From NCBI GenBank assembly GCA_965140415.1, contig OZ223209.1:4992001-5056000 (forward strand): 64,000 nt of DNA. Reading direction: 5' to 3'. The position numbers were made by a program, and so were the translations under genes. Each line of letters begins with the position of its first letter. The first letter of the stretch is position 1. Shown here piece after piece: positions 37,161 through 47,935 of the stretch. The notes below the pieces were generated by a model. It was not told the DNA's origin. It saw only the letters and a program-made list of their open reading frames with translations, and did not search any database. Source of the DNA: Myxococcota bacterium. Its GTDB lineage: Bacteria; Myxococcota_A; SURF-8.

Positions 37161-39761
37161 TTAACGAGTAAATTCCTCAATAAATTCATCCCAAGTTGTA
37201 CGCACGCTCCAGATGGCTCCATCTCCCCGATAGCGGCTGTCCATACCGTAGTCGCGTTCCGGAAAATAGATCGAAAGTCCATATGCTCTGGGATGACTGT
37301 CCTGAGCCCGGCTATGCAGAATCGTTTCATCGAGCTGGGCAAGCAGGCTCGCCGCGGATCTGCCAACATCCACCGGGGCACTGTTTAAGTTCATCACTCG
37401 TCGGGCAAAATCACGCAGATCCCGGAATTCATCCGTATAGTCGAAATCCTGTGTGTTTCTGCGAATTTGTTCAAAAGTGGAATGCATTTCCGGATGCGCG
37501 AGCATGACATTGGCAAAGGTGCTCAACCGCCGATCCAGGTTATCCAGGCTGTCCAGGTCGCTCAATGACAAGGTGGAGTCTTCGTAATCGTAGTTATAAT
37601 AAGCATTTACAACATTAGTTCCCAGTTGCTCCGCGCTCATGCTCGGATCGGCGATCAGAGCCGGTAGGAAGCGTTGGTAGGGCCAGCCCGCTAGCGGTTC
37701 GGTTTCCTGCGACGCCAGCAGCAAATGGCTGTAAGGCGCACTGGCCTCGGCCACCTCCCACATACCCATCAAGCAGGCATCGAAACCGACTAGATCCAGC
37801 TTTGCGCCTACTGTGCTGTGAATCCGCGCCAATGCACGGGCGTAATCGCCGTTGGAAATGGAGATTTCTCCTGCCGTTCCATGGTCGTCGTTTGAAAATC
37901 CCTTGAACAACGGAGACTCGCCGGGAGCGGCTTTCGTCCAGCCATCGCCGTGATCCCACAAGATCAAAGCATAATGTCGCGCGGGATAGGCTTGCACTGC
38001 CCATTCTCCGAATTCCGCCAGAACGCGCCAGTCGCTCATATCCACTTCGCCAACCGTTTCCAGCACGTCGTAACCGCCTTGGGTAACATACACACGTTTG
38101 GCGGGGTTACTTAGAGTATCGAAGAGCGCTACGATGTTCACATCTTCCGTACTGCCTGCCTGTCCCATTTCCTGTAGATCTTCATAACCATCCGGTTCCA
38201 GGTTGTTATCGGCGTTCATGAAAACCATGAAGGTCCATTCCTTGGCCTGTGGGTCGGGGACGCAAGCTCCTTGTCCGTCACCGATGTACCCAGGATTGCA
38301 GTCGCAGTGATAGGAATCGGGAAGGTCCATGACGCAGCGGGTCTGGTTGGGCGTTGTGCAGGGATTGTCACTACACAGATCCGTCACACAGGATTCTTCG
38401 AACAGAATCGTCCCATCCGGGCAAACGCAATCGAATGCGCTCCAGTCTTCATTCGGTTGGCAGACCGGGTCACCGGGGCAGGCGGTTTCTTCATCTTCAC
38501 AGGGATCGGGAGTGAGCGTGTAATCGATCTGAAAACCACCGGGTTGATCGTAGCTGTCTGCGAACAAATAATAGGTTCCACGTTGCAACACCATGCTGAT
38601 CACTGCCGACTGGCTGATGGTGTCGTCGTTACAGGCGATTTCGGTTTCCGGGTCGTCGCACTGCGTGCGCATATGCAATACCGTGTCATACCCGCTCATG
38701 TAGAAATAGCCTTTGTGCGGACCGGGTAGATTAAAGGTGTAAATCAATTCCTTGCCGTCTCCGGCGCATTCTCCGCTATAAGCAGACGAACCCGAATTGG
38801 TGTAGTTGGTGACTTCGTCACCTTCGATATCCAACAGCAACGGATCGTCGCAACTCAAACCCGTACCGCTTGTTACATCGCCATCAGGCAACTGGCATCC
38901 CTGCATTTCCGGACAGGCAAGGCAGATATCCGGACAGCAATCGTCGTATTGAAAACACAATTCGTCGCAATTGCAGCCGTCGACATTCGAATTACCGCAC
39001 ATGCCCTCGCAGGCATAGGTCACGATTTCCGGTTCCGTTTCCTTGTCCAGATCGAATTCGATTTCAATCTCTATTTCAACATCGATGTCACCATCTGGCA
39101 TGTCACCGTCAGGTGTATCGCCATCGGACATGTCACCGTCAGGTGTATCGCCGTCGGGAGTATCACCATCGGGCAGGTCGCCGTCGGGCGTGTCGCCATC
39201 GGGCGTATCACCATCGGGCGTGTCACCATCGGGTAGGTCGCCGTCGGGCGTGTCGCCATCGGGCGTATCACCATCGGTCATGTCACCATCGGGCAGATCA
39301 CCATCAGGCGTATCGCCGTCGGGAGTATCACCATCGGGCAGATCGCCGTCGGGCGTGTCGCCATCGGGCGTATCGCCGTCGGGCGTATCACCATCGGGCG
39401 CGTCGCCATCGGGAGTATCACCGTCGGGCGTGTCACCATCGGACGTGTCACCATCGGACGTATCGCCATCGGGAGTATCACCGTCGGACGTGTCACCATC
39501 GGACGTGTCACCATCGGGCATATCGCCATCGGGCGTATCACCGTCGAGGGTATCGGCTTGTTCGAACACATCCTGATCGGTGTCGGCATCGGGAAGATTG
39601 TCGTTATCGGAGGAAGAACAGCCTGCTCCTGTCAACAGAATGATGGAAATCAGCGCGATGAGTAGATTTTGTTGAATCCTTTTGAGCAAAGTGAACAAGG
39701 AGCATTGCTGAGAGTTGTTACGTTTCCCGATGATCATGTGTAAAGCCTCCATTGCCGTCAT
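37161..39761 (-). CDS. Clostripain-family (C11) cysteine peptidase lipoprotein with a DGDTP tether and SMB-like, PPC-like and EGF-like modules (start uncertain)
   Basis: Lipobox GAG-C. WTFMVFMNADNNL, LILWDHGDGW (His), FDACLM (Cys), GLSIYFP. Confidence 0.88.
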   Translation of the reverse strand: MTAMEALHMIIGKRNNSQQCSLFTLLKRIQQNLLIALISIILLTGAGCSSSDNDNLPDADTDQDVFEQADTLDGDTPDGDMPDGDTSDGDTSDGDTPDGDTSDGDTSDGDTPDGDTPDGDAPDGDTPDGDTPDGDTPDGDLPDGDTPDGDTPDGDLPDGDMTDGDTPDGDTPDGDLPDGDTPDGDTPDGDTPDGDLPDGDTPDGDTPDGDMSDGDTPDGDMPDGDIDVEIEIEIEFDLDKETEPEIVTYACEGMCGNSNVDGCNCDELCFQYDDCCPDICLACPEMQGCQLPDGDVTSGTGLSCDDPLLLDIEGDEVTNYTNSGSSAYSGECAGDGKELIYTFNLPGPHKGYFYMSGYDTVLHMRTQCDDPETEIACNDDTISQSAVISMVLQRGTYYLFADSYDQPGGFQIDYTLTPDPCEDEETACPGDPVCQPNEDWSAFDCVCPDGTILFEESCVTDLCSDNPCTTPNQTRCVMDLPDSYHCDCNPGYIGDGQGACVPDPQAKEWTFMVFMNADNNLEPDGYEDLQEMGQAGSTEDVNIVALFDTLSNPAKRVYVTQGGYDVLETVGEVDMSDWRVLAEFGEWAVQAYPARHYALILWDHGDGWTKAAPGESPLFKGFSNDDHGTAGEISISNGDYARALARIHSTVGAKLDLVGFDACLMGMWEVAEASAPYSHLLLASQETEPLAGWPYQRFLPALIADPSMSAEQLGTNVVNAYYNYDYEDSTLSLSDLDSLDNLDRRLSTFANVMLAHPEMHSTFEQIRRNTQDFDYTDEFRDLRDFARRVMNLNSAPVDVGRSAASLLAQLDETILHSRAQDSHPRAYGLSIYFPERDYGMDSRYRGDGAIWSVRTTWDEFIEEFTR
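39081..39545 (-). repeat. 31 x 15-bp tandem coding repeat, DGD(T/L/M/A)(P/S)
   Basis: 465-bp uninterrupted pentapeptide-coding array. Confidence 0.95.
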
Positions 39762-39997
39762 CTCGGATGCGATTGCGCAGAGCGCGAACCAGTCTGCAAT
39801 CCATTGTTACCATTGAAGGCAAAAAGGCAAGAACAGAACGAATTTTTACCGAAATTCGCTCTTCTTGACTGCGGGTTCGAATTCAACAAAGGAAAGTGAG
39901 AACCGGTATTTGAACATCGGCTTTCTTTTGTAAATCGAGTGGGATTCGGTTACAATAGCCGCACTTATCTGGGAACGAAGTATATAAAGGACGCCCG

Positions 39998-41392
39998 ATG
40001 CGATTGCCCAAGCCATTTCCGTACCTGCTGCTGGTCGCGGTTTCGATAGCGTCCCTTATTCTTTCCTGTAACAGCGAAGATGCCTTTTCCCCGCAGGGCG
40101 ATAGCGACGAAGAATCCATCATCGACGGCGATCTGGACGCCATCGATACGGAAGATGCACTGCAACTTCCCGTAGACGATCCAAGCTTCTCCTGCACACC
40201 CGTTTCCTGCCGCGAAGGTTTCCTGCAAGCGCCGGGTTGCATTCTTCCAGATGCCGAACTCTTCCCCGATATGGAGGATGAAGAATCCTGTAGCGAAAAT
40301 GCGGATTGCTCCTCGGAACAAAGCTGCGTGCAGGCCGGATCGGAAAAGATCTGCGTTCCTTCCGCTCTGCCAAACTGGGTCGGCTTGTACCAATGGGATG
40401 GAGCCTGCGGCTGGGAAAACGCCGGTCAACGCAGCACGACCTGCGCCGTAGTAGGCGGTTGGCTGCAATCGGGAGAAATCACGCTGCTGGAGCAATGCCG
40501 CAACAGCGACCGGGGACGCTTATGCCAGGGCAATGATTGTTTGACCACGATTTCCTTTTTCGGACGCACCCTGCTCGACATCAGCACCTGCACCCCGGAT
40601 AACAACCGATTACTATTGATGTTGGATGAGTACGATTGGCCCCCGCGTTACTTCGTGCTGCGCGTTTCACAGGGCGGCTTGACCGAAATCGCAAGTATCA
40701 CCAATCAAACCTACTACTCCAGCGATACCATTCGAGCGCACTTCACTTGTTTGCCAAATGGCGAACTGCTTCTGGTTACACCATCCGAAATTCTGCGCTA
40801 CCAAGACCCGGACTCATTCGTTTCGGTCGAACATATCGAAAATCTGTCGTCGCTAGGCAATCAGGTTTATGGCGCTTTCGACCGCATCTGGGTGAATCCA
40901 GACGATTCTGACCAAATCTATGTAGGGATTGCGGGAAGTTATACAGTCTGGTTCAGCCGCATCGATGTCGAACAGGGACTACAGAAAATCCGTCCCTTTT
41001 CCACGCAGAACTGGCAAACCCGTGTGATTCCAGTGAATCAGAATCGCTGGTTGCTTATCGACGGGCAGAACCTGCAATCCGTCGTCAATGAAGTCGCCAC
41101 CCCGCTATTTACATTGGCAGAGAACGAACGTATCCTTGGAGTCATTGACGATCAATACCTGCTCACGGCGACCCTTACACGCCTGTTCCGCTACCCATTA
41201 GAGGAAAACCCGACCCCTTCCGCGTTGGATCGCGGTCTGCCCTTCCCGGCTTCCTATCGCTACTATGTTCCGGCCATTCGCGGCTTTCAGTGGCAACCTT
41301 CCGGCGATTCGCCACAGGGTCAGGTGATCCTGCAATACCGCAGTACTTCCGATAGCAGTAACGGAGGAATCGATGCTGGTTGGGAAGATTGA
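39998..41392 (+). CDS. Hypothetical lipoprotein with an acidic DGDLD tether and a Cys-rich N-terminal region
   Basis: Signal ends ILS-C; 464-aa open frame; no family recognised. Confidence 0.7.
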   Translation: MRLPKPFPYLLLVAVSIASLILSCNSEDAFSPQGDSDEESIIDGDLDAIDTEDALQLPVDDPSFSCTPVSCREGFLQAPGCILPDAELFPDMEDEESCSENADCSSEQSCVQAGSEKICVPSALPNWVGLYQWDGACGWENAGQRSTTCAVVGGWLQSGEITLLEQCRNSDRGRLCQGNDCLTTISFFGRTLLDISTCTPDNNRLLLMLDEYDWPPRYFVLRVSQGGLTEIASITNQTYYSSDTIRAHFTCLPNGELLLVTPSEILRYQDPDSFVSVEHIENLSSLGNQVYGAFDRIWVNPDDSDQIYVGIAGSYTVWFSRIDVEQGLQKIRPFSTQNWQTRVIPVNQNRWLLIDGQNLQSVVNEVATPLFTLAENERILGVIDDQYLLTATLTRLFRYPLEENPTPSALDRGLPFPASYRYYVPAIRGFQWQPSGDSPQGQVILQYRSTSDSSNGGIDAGWED

Positions 41393-41623
41393 ATCGCCGC
41401 TCATTTTACCGGTATGCGCTGGTTGATCAAATTGTGTTAATTCATTGCATCTATTCGCACATATCGATTGAGTTTCGCGTTTTTTCTAGTGAATCATCAT
41501 CCAATTTTCCTTGCGTTAGCTATGGCGTGGCGTTATGCTCGTAGCCCGAATCAGGGTGGAGTCAGCCACCCCTTCCCGAAGTCCAGGTAGTGCAATTTTA
41601 TCATGTAGAATGGTTCTTTCGAC

Positions 41624-42340
41624 ATGGACATACGACTACAACCGGTCGTCATCTTTATTGGGAATTATGGGAGCGGAAAAACGGAAGTATCCGTCAATTT
41701 CGCCCTTCATCAAATAGAAAAAAACATGCCCGTTCGCATTGTCGATCTGGATATCGTCAACCCCTACTTCCGCAGTCGCGAAGTGCGCGAAACCATGAAG
41801 GAATACGGCATTGAGGTCATCGTTCCGCAGGATCAGTTCCTGCAAGCGGACCTGCCGGTTGTCGTTCCACAGATGAAGGGTGCGATCCAGAACGAAAACG
41901 GCTGTTCGATATTGGATGTCGGTGGCGACGACGTCGGCGCCACGGTGCTGGGTAGCTTCAAACAAGCCATTTCCCAAGCGCACGTGGATCTGTTGCAGGT
42001 CGTCAATGTCAAGCGCCCCTTCACCGAAACGGTAGAAGGTGCCTTGCGAATTTCCGCCGAAATCGAACAGGCTGCCAAGCAAAATGTCACCGGCATTGTG
42101 GGAAATTCCCACCTGATGGGTGATACCGATGTAGCCACGATTCGCGAAGGATATGAATATGCACAAGAGGTTGCGGCGGCAAAAGGCGTGCCGTTGGCCT
42201 TTATCACGTGTGAAAAGCGATTATTACCGGAACTGGACCCCGGCGAATTCGCCTGCCCGGTCCTTCCGATTGAACGACTGCTGCTGCCTCCATGGCAACG
42301 GCGCGAAAAGCTGGGCAGTCAGAATTTCCTGTTGTCGTAA
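41624..42340 (+). CDS. P-loop ATP-binding protein at the head of the vor-like cluster
   Basis: GNYGSGKT, DLDIVNPYFRSRE, DVGGDD.GA..LG. Confidence 0.8.
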   Translation: MDIRLQPVVIFIGNYGSGKTEVSVNFALHQIEKNMPVRIVDLDIVNPYFRSREVRETMKEYGIEVIVPQDQFLQADLPVVVPQMKGAIQNENGCSILDVGGDDVGATVLGSFKQAISQAHVDLLQVVNVKRPFTETVEGALRISAEIEQAAKQNVTGIVGNSHLMGDTDVATIREGYEYAQEVAAAKGVPLAFITCEKRLLPELDPGEFACPVLPIERLLLPPWQRREKLGSQNFLLS

Positions 42341-42371
42341 TCCGGCGTTATCCGGCTTTTAGGAGGACACC

Positions 42372-43340
42372 ATGCCGAAGGTGATTATCGATCAAGACCG
42401 CTGCAAAGGCTGCGAGTTATGCGTCCATGCCTGCCCGAAGGACGTACTCGCCATGTCCAAGGACATTAATGTTAAGGGCTATTTCTTCTCTCAGGTCGTC
42501 AATCCCGACGACTGCATCGGCTGTCGCAACTGCGCCATAACCTGTCCCGATGTGGCTATCGAAGTGCAGAAGGAAGACAAGAAAACCGGCGAATTGAAAA
42601 CGGTTTTTTCGCGACCCGAATCGCTGACGACCAACGTGACCCACTACTGCCCCGGCTGCACGCATGGCATCGCCCATCGTCTGGTAGCCGAAGTTCTGGA
42701 TGAACTGGGTTTGCGGGAAAGCGCTGTAGGCATCGCCCCGGTGGGCTGCTCGGTGCTTGCCTATAATTACTTCAACTGCGATTTTCAGGAAGCGGCGCAT
42801 GGACGCGCACCGGCCTTTGCCACCGGCATCAAGCGGGTGCGTCCGGATCTGACCGTCTTCACCTATCAGGGTGATGGCGATCTGGCCAGCATCGGCGGCA
42901 ACGAAATCCTGCACGCTGCCAATCGCGGCGAAAAATTCACCACGATTTTCGTAAATAACGCCATATACGGCATGACCGGCGGCCAGATGGCCCCGACCAC
43001 GCTTCCTGGAATGGTCACCACGACCTGTCCTGCGGGGCGCGATGTTGATGACGTCGGCTATCCGATTCGCGTTGCCGAATTACTTTCCACCTTGCGTACT
43101 CCCGCTTATATCGCGCGCGTGGCGCTGCATGAGCCGAAATACGTGGTGCAGGCGAAAAAGGCCATCAAGAAGGCTTTCACCTATCAAATGGAAAATCGCT
43201 GTTATTCCCTGGTCGAGGTGCTCTCCACCTGTCCGACCAACTGGGGTAAAACACCCAAGCAGGCCTGCGAATGGCTGGCAGAGCACATGATGCCCTACTT
43301 CCCGCTGGGTGAATTCAAAACCCCCGAAGACGAAGCATAG
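42372..43340 (+). CDS. 2-oxoacid (probably 2-oxoisovalerate):ferredoxin oxidoreductase, fused delta (2x[4Fe-4S]) and beta (TPP) subunits
   Basis: CKGCELCVHACP and CIGCRNCAITCP, then YCPGC.HG, PVGCS, HGRAPA, YQGDGD, YGMTGGQMAPT, CPTNW. Confidence 0.88.
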   Translation: MPKVIIDQDRCKGCELCVHACPKDVLAMSKDINVKGYFFSQVVNPDDCIGCRNCAITCPDVAIEVQKEDKKTGELKTVFSRPESLTTNVTHYCPGCTHGIAHRLVAEVLDELGLRESAVGIAPVGCSVLAYNYFNCDFQEAAHGRAPAFATGIKRVRPDLTVFTYQGDGDLASIGGNEILHAANRGEKFTTIFVNNAIYGMTGGQMAPTTLPGMVTTTCPAGRDVDDVGYPIRVAELLSTLRTPAYIARVALHEPKYVVQAKKAIKKAFTYQMENRCYSLVEVLSTCPTNWGKTPKQACEWLAEHMMPYFPLGEFKTPEDEA

Positions 43341-43349
43341 GAGGCGAGC

Positions 43350-43889
43350 ATGCAAGCGGAAATTATGTGTGCCGGTTTTGGTGGTCAGGGAATCATGGTA
43401 ATCGGAAAACTGCTGGCGCTGGCAGCGTTGGATCAAGGACGGGAAGTCGCCTGGATTCCTTCTTATGGACCGGAAATGCGCGGCGGTACGGCCTATTGTA
43501 CGGTCGTTCTGGCGGATCGCCCGATCGGCTCGCCGATCATCGAGAATCCCTCGCATCTGGTTATCATGAACCGACCCTCGCTGGAGAAATTCGCACCGAA
43601 GATGAAAACCAAGGGTGTGTGCATGATCAACAGCTCGCTGATTCCCATCGATGCCGGGCGCGAGGATATCGATCAACTCAACGTGCCGTGCAATGACATC
43701 GCCATCGAGATGGGCAACCCGCGTATGGCCAACATCGTTGCCCTGGGTGCATTCGCTCAGCGCAGCGGCCTGTTCGATATGGACTTGATCCGCAAAGCGG
43801 TGTCGTACAATTTCGAAAAGAAACCCAAGCTGATCGAGCCGAACATGAAGGCACTGCAACGCGGTATCGATATCGCCAACGGCAACTGA
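43350..43889 (+). CDS. 2-oxoacid:ferredoxin oxidoreductase gamma subunit
   Basis: AGFGGQG, PSYGPEMRGGTA, NIVALGA. Confidence 0.92.
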   Translation: MQAEIMCAGFGGQGIMVIGKLLALAALDQGREVAWIPSYGPEMRGGTAYCTVVLADRPIGSPIIENPSHLVIMNRPSLEKFAPKMKTKGVCMINSSLIPIDAGREDIDQLNVPCNDIAIEMGNPRMANIVALGAFAQRSGLFDMDLIRKAVSYNFEKKPKLIEPNMKALQRGIDIANGN

Positions 43890-43971
43890 GGCGAAACGGG
43901 ATTTCGTACTATGAAAACGCGCCGCTACGAATGACATAGCGGCCTTGAGCTGATAGCTGGAGGATGTGACC

Positions 43972-45030
43972 ATGGCGAAGAAACTCATGAAGGGAGCCGA
44001 AGCGATTGGCGAAGCCGCCATCTGGGCCGGATGCAAATCCTACTTCTGCTACCCGATCACGCCGCAAACCGAAGTGGCCGAATACCTGGCCCGGCGTATG
44101 CCCGAAGTCGATGGCGTATTTCTACAGGCGGAAAGCGAACTGGCTGCAAGCAACATGCTCTTCGGAGCCGCCGCAACCGGCACGCGCGTCTTTACGACCT
44201 CATCTTCGCCGGGCATCAGCCTGATGCAGGAAGCCATTTCCTACATCGCCGCCGCCGAACTGCCGGTGGTGATCGTCAACATCGTGCGTTCCGGCCCCGG
44301 TCTGGGCGGCATTCTACCGGCGCAGTCGGACTATTTCCAGTCCACCAAGGGTGGCGGTCATGGTGATTACCGCACGATCGTACTGGCTCCCAGCACGGTG
44401 CAGGAAGCGGTCAGCATGATGATGAAAGCCTTCGATATCGCCGATCAATACCGCAATCCGGTGATCATGGTAGGTGACGGCCTGATCGGACAGATGATGG
44501 AACCGGTGGAGTTCCCGGAAAACTACCAGCCCAAGGTGGTCGATCATACCGGTTGGGCCACCGATGGCTGCAAGGGTCGCAAACCGCATCTGGTCAAGAC
44601 CCTGTTCCTGGACGCCCAGCTTTGCGATCTGCACAATCAGAACCTCGAAAAGAAATACAAAGAAATCGAAGCGAATGAAAAAGACTGGGAAGACTGGAAC
44701 CTGGACGACAACTATGAGTTGTTGATCGTGAGCTACGGCACGATGAGCCGCATCTGTAAAACCGCCATCGAAGATCTGGCCAAAGAAGGCATCAAAGTCG
44801 GCATGGTGCGTCCCAAAACCCTGTGGCCCTTCCCCGGCGAAGCCATTGCACGCGCTGCGGACAAACCGGAAGTCAAGGCGGTATTGTCGGTGGAAATGAG
44901 CATGGGTCAAATGATAGAAGACATCGAACGTGCACTGCACGGCATCAAGCCGGTGCATTTTTACGGACGCGCCGGTGGCGTTGTGCCAACGGTAGAAGAA
45001 GTAACCACCAAAATCAAAAGCCTGTTCTAA
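43972..45030 (+). CDS. vorB: 2-oxoisovalerate:ferredoxin oxidoreductase alpha-type subunit
   Basis: YPITPQTE, QAESE, SSSPG.SL.QE, GPGLG.I.P.Q.DY..STKGGGHGDY. Confidence 0.85.
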   Translation: MAKKLMKGAEAIGEAAIWAGCKSYFCYPITPQTEVAEYLARRMPEVDGVFLQAESELAASNMLFGAAATGTRVFTTSSSPGISLMQEAISYIAAAELPVVIVNIVRSGPGLGGILPAQSDYFQSTKGGGHGDYRTIVLAPSTVQEAVSMMMKAFDIADQYRNPVIMVGDGLIGQMMEPVEFPENYQPKVVDHTGWATDGCKGRKPHLVKTLFLDAQLCDLHNQNLEKKYKEIEANEKDWEDWNLDDNYELLIVSYGTMSRICKTAIEDLAKEGIKVGMVRPKTLWPFPGEAIARAADKPEVKAVLSVEMSMGQMIEDIERALHGIKPVHFYGRAGGVVPTVEEVTTKIKSLF

Positions 45031-45055
45031 AACGAAAGCGAATTGAGTTTTCACG

Positions 45056-45084
45056 CGCCGTCGGTTTTTCCGACGGCGTTTTTC
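45056..45084 (+). terminator. Rho-independent terminator
   Basis: CGCCGTCGG-TTTTT-CCGACGGCG followed by TTTTT. Confidence 0.75.
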
Positions 45085-45337
45085 GTTTTCCCAAGACGCG
45101 GCTCTTTTTCCCATTCATCTTGCAGACAAAGTCCTCGCCATCCGGTTGAAATTTTGCTATTTTCAAGACTTATCATGCGCTTGGAAGACTCAAGGCTCCA
45201 GTCTTGAACCAGCGCTTTCCGGTCTGGATTCCCATCCCGACCAAGATGACAAAAAACGGAAGAGCAGGACGGCAGCCCTGTTCCAACTTAGAACCCTGTT
45301 GATATTGCAACCGGATCGATAGAATGGAATTGCAACG

Positions 45338-46351
45338 ATGAAAATCATTTATTCCGAGCAGCAAAAGTCGCACAAACCACGCTGGGAATGGAACTTCGGG
45401 CGTAAAGTGCCCTATCCTGAAAAGTCGAGCCGGATACAGGAGATACTAAAGGGCTTGCACAAACAGGGGTTGGGCGACACGATCATCAAGTCAAAAACCT
45501 TTTCGAAAGCGCATATTTACAAGGTTCACGACCGTGGCATGGTCAATCACATCAAATCCTGTGAGCAAATGCCCGAGGGTGAGAAGGTGCATGCCCACAT
45601 CTTTCCCTATCGTTCGTATGATCCGCATCCCAAAACAAATCTCAAGCGCGCCGGGTATTATTGCTTCGATGTCGGTACCCAGATCGACCGGCACACCTAC
45701 GCTGCCGCCAAATCGGCGGTCGATGTCGCCCTGCACGGTGCGAAACTGATTTACGACGGTAACCAGCAGCGAGTCTTTTCACTCTGTCGACCACCGGGAC
45801 ATCACGCCGCACGCGCCATTTACGGTGGGTATTGCTATTTCAACAATGTGGCCATCGCCGCGTTGTATCTGTCGCAGATGGGACGCATCGCCATTTTGGA
45901 TCTGGACTTTCACCACGGCAACGGCACACAGGGTGTTTTTTACCAGGTACCCAATGTGCTGGTGATTTCCATCCATGGTGACCCGCGCAATCACTACCCG
46001 TATTTCTGCGGCTTCAAAGGAGAAAAGGGAGAGTACCTGGGCGCCGGATTCAATCGCAACGTCCCGCTGCCCGATGGTGTGGATGATGACGCCTACCTGC
46101 ATGTCCTGGAGCGCGAGTTGAAACGGATTCGCGCGTTTCGTCCCAAATGCCTACTTGTGTCGATGGGCTTCGATACCTTCAAGGGAGACCCGGTCGGTTC
46201 TTTCACGCTCAGTTCAGACTTTTACGGGGTGATCGGGGAGGTGCTGTCGCAGCAAAAATTCCCGGTGCAGGCTTGCCTGGAAGGTGGCTATCTGATCGAC
46301 AAGCTCGCCGAGAACGCCTCTAATTTCGCCGTTGGATTGAATGGCGGGTAG
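45338..46351 (+). CDS. Histone deacetylase family / acetylpolyamine amidohydrolase-like
   Basis: RPPGHHA, GGYCYFNN, DLDFHHGNGTQ, GFDTF..DP, EGGY. Confidence 0.92.
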   Translation: MKIIYSEQQKSHKPRWEWNFGRKVPYPEKSSRIQEILKGLHKQGLGDTIIKSKTFSKAHIYKVHDRGMVNHIKSCEQMPEGEKVHAHIFPYRSYDPHPKTNLKRAGYYCFDVGTQIDRHTYAAAKSAVDVALHGAKLIYDGNQQRVFSLCRPPGHHAARAIYGGYCYFNNVAIAALYLSQMGRIAILDLDFHHGNGTQGVFYQVPNVLVISIHGDPRNHYPYFCGFKGEKGEYLGAGFNRNVPLPDGVDDDAYLHVLERELKRIRAFRPKCLLVSMGFDTFKGDPVGSFTLSSDFYGVIGEVLSQQKFPVQACLEGGYLIDKLAENASNFAVGLNGG

Positions 46352-46453
46352 AACACCTTCCTCAAATTGGTTTATGCCGTGTTGCAAAAAGTCCAAAGTT
46401 TTTGTTGAAATCTCTGCAATAGGGAGCTAGAAATGGGGTGGAGGTTGTTACCG

Positions 46454-47935
46454 ATGCCTGTTGTAGTTGACCGCGAATCGTCCATTCCACTTCATTTGCA
46501 GGTGCGTCGCGGATTACGTGATGCCATCGTTCGGGGAGATTTTCCACCGGGGCAGGCGTTGCCTTCGTTGCGCACCTTGGCGCAACAAACCGGTGTCAAT
46601 AAACTCACCATGTTAAAAGCCGTCGAAGGACTCAAGCGCATCGGTCTTGTAGAGGCGGTGCGCGGTAAAGGCGTGTTTGTATGCGATCCGCTACCCGAAG
46701 TTGAAGAGCGTTTCGATATCGAGCCGGCGGAAAAAAATCGCTTTTACGAAGGCGCCGCTGAAGGTCCGGAGCCGGAGGAACTGGCGGACGGCATCATGGA
46801 AACGGTGGACAAGGGAATGCGCACCGACCAGATCTCCTTTGCCGCCGCTTTCCCACCTGCCGAATTCCTCCCGGCCAATCACATTCGCTTGCGCATGGCC
46901 GCTCTGCTCAAAGAGCAGCAAGGTGCTGCGCTGGCCTACAGTCAAACTCACGGCGTTCCCGGTTTGCGGGAATCGCTCTGTGACTGGTTGACGACCCGCA
47001 ACCTGCGGATCTCGGATCACGATCAGGTGCTGATCGTTTCCGGTGCACAGCAGGCGATTACGCTGGCGTTACAGGTACTGGTAAGACCGGGCGAATCGGT
47101 ATTGGTGGAAAGCCCCGGTTATCTGGGTGTGATTTTCGCCTGCCGCCAATTGGGAATCCGCATGGAATCGGTGCCGCTGGACAAGCGCGGGCTGGACTGC
47201 GACCGCTTGGAAACCCGCCTGAAGCGCGGAGAATTCCGGGCGCTGTTTTGCGTACCCAATTTCCAGAATCCGACCGGCATCACGATGTCGGAGGTTCGTC
47301 GGCGACGCGTGCTGGATCTGGCGCGCAGTGCGGGCGTGTACGTCATCGAGGACGATGCCTGCGGCGACTTGCGTTTCACCGGCAAGATCATTCCGCCGAT
47401 CAAGGCATTGGAAGGCAACGAGCACGTGTTGTACGTGGGCAGCTTTTCCAAATCGATCGCGCCGGGGCTGCGTGTCGGCTACATGGTCGCCCACCGCGAC
47501 CTGGCCGCCAAACTGCGGCGTATGAAAGAGGTGCATGATATCTGTGCGCCGACATTATCCCAGCATGTGATGGACGACATGCTGCGCTCGGGCATGTACG
47601 CCAGACATCTGCGCAAAACGCGGCGCGCTTTCCGCAAGCGTTGCAACACCATGATTCGTGCGCTACAGGAACATCTGCCGGAGCAGGCGCGTTTTACCGA
47701 ACCCAAGGGCGGTTTGCACCTTTGGGTAGTGCTGCCTGAATCGGTGGATGTAATGCAGTTGCAAAAGCAAGCTGAAAAGCAGCACATTTATTTCAGTCCT
47801 GGAAACCTGTTCTTTGCCGATCGACGCGGCAATAACTGTTTACGTTTGAATTTCGCCAGCAATCCGTCCTCCCAGATCGAGGAGGGCATCTCCCGGCTCG
47901 GACAGTTGATCCGGGAGGCCGAAAGGAGACACTGA
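46454..47935 (+). CDS. MocR/GntR-family PLP-dependent transcriptional regulator
   Basis: N-terminal wHTH (LPSLR.LA..GV..RGKG.FV) plus an aminotransferase domain (PNFQNPTG, IEDD, SFSK.IAPGLR.G). Confidence 0.93.
   Translation: MPVVVDRESSIPLHLQVRRGLRDAIVRGDFPPGQALPSLRTLAQQTGVNKLTMLKAVEGLKRIGLVEAVRGKGVFVCDPLPEVEERFDIEPAEKNRFYEGAAEGPEPEELADGIMETVDKGMRTDQISFAAAFPPAEFLPANHIRLRMAALLKEQQGAALAYSQTHGVPGLRESLCDWLTTRNLRISDHDQVLIVSGAQQAITLALQVLVRPGESVLVESPGYLGVIFACRQLGIRMESVPLDKRGLDCDRLETRLKRGEFRALFCVPNFQNPTGITMSEVRRRRVLDLARSAGVYVIEDDACGDLRFTGKIIPPIKALEGNEHVLYVGSFSKSIAPGLRVGYMVAHRDLAAKLRRMKEVHDICAPTLSQHVMDDMLRSGMYARHLRKTRRAFRKRCNTMIRALQEHLPEQARFTEPKGGLHLWVVLPESVDVMQLQKQAEKQHIYFSPGNLFFADRRGNNCLRLNFASNPSSQIEEGISRLGQLIREAERRH

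Noticed and set aside
36182-37388. Plus-strand ORFs of 273 and 165 aa
   Set aside because: Antisense to the well-supported kinase, response regulator and protease; no motifs.
38870-39643. Plus-strand Ser-Pro and Arg-His repeat ORFs
   Set aside because: Antisense frames of the (DGDTP)31 tract.
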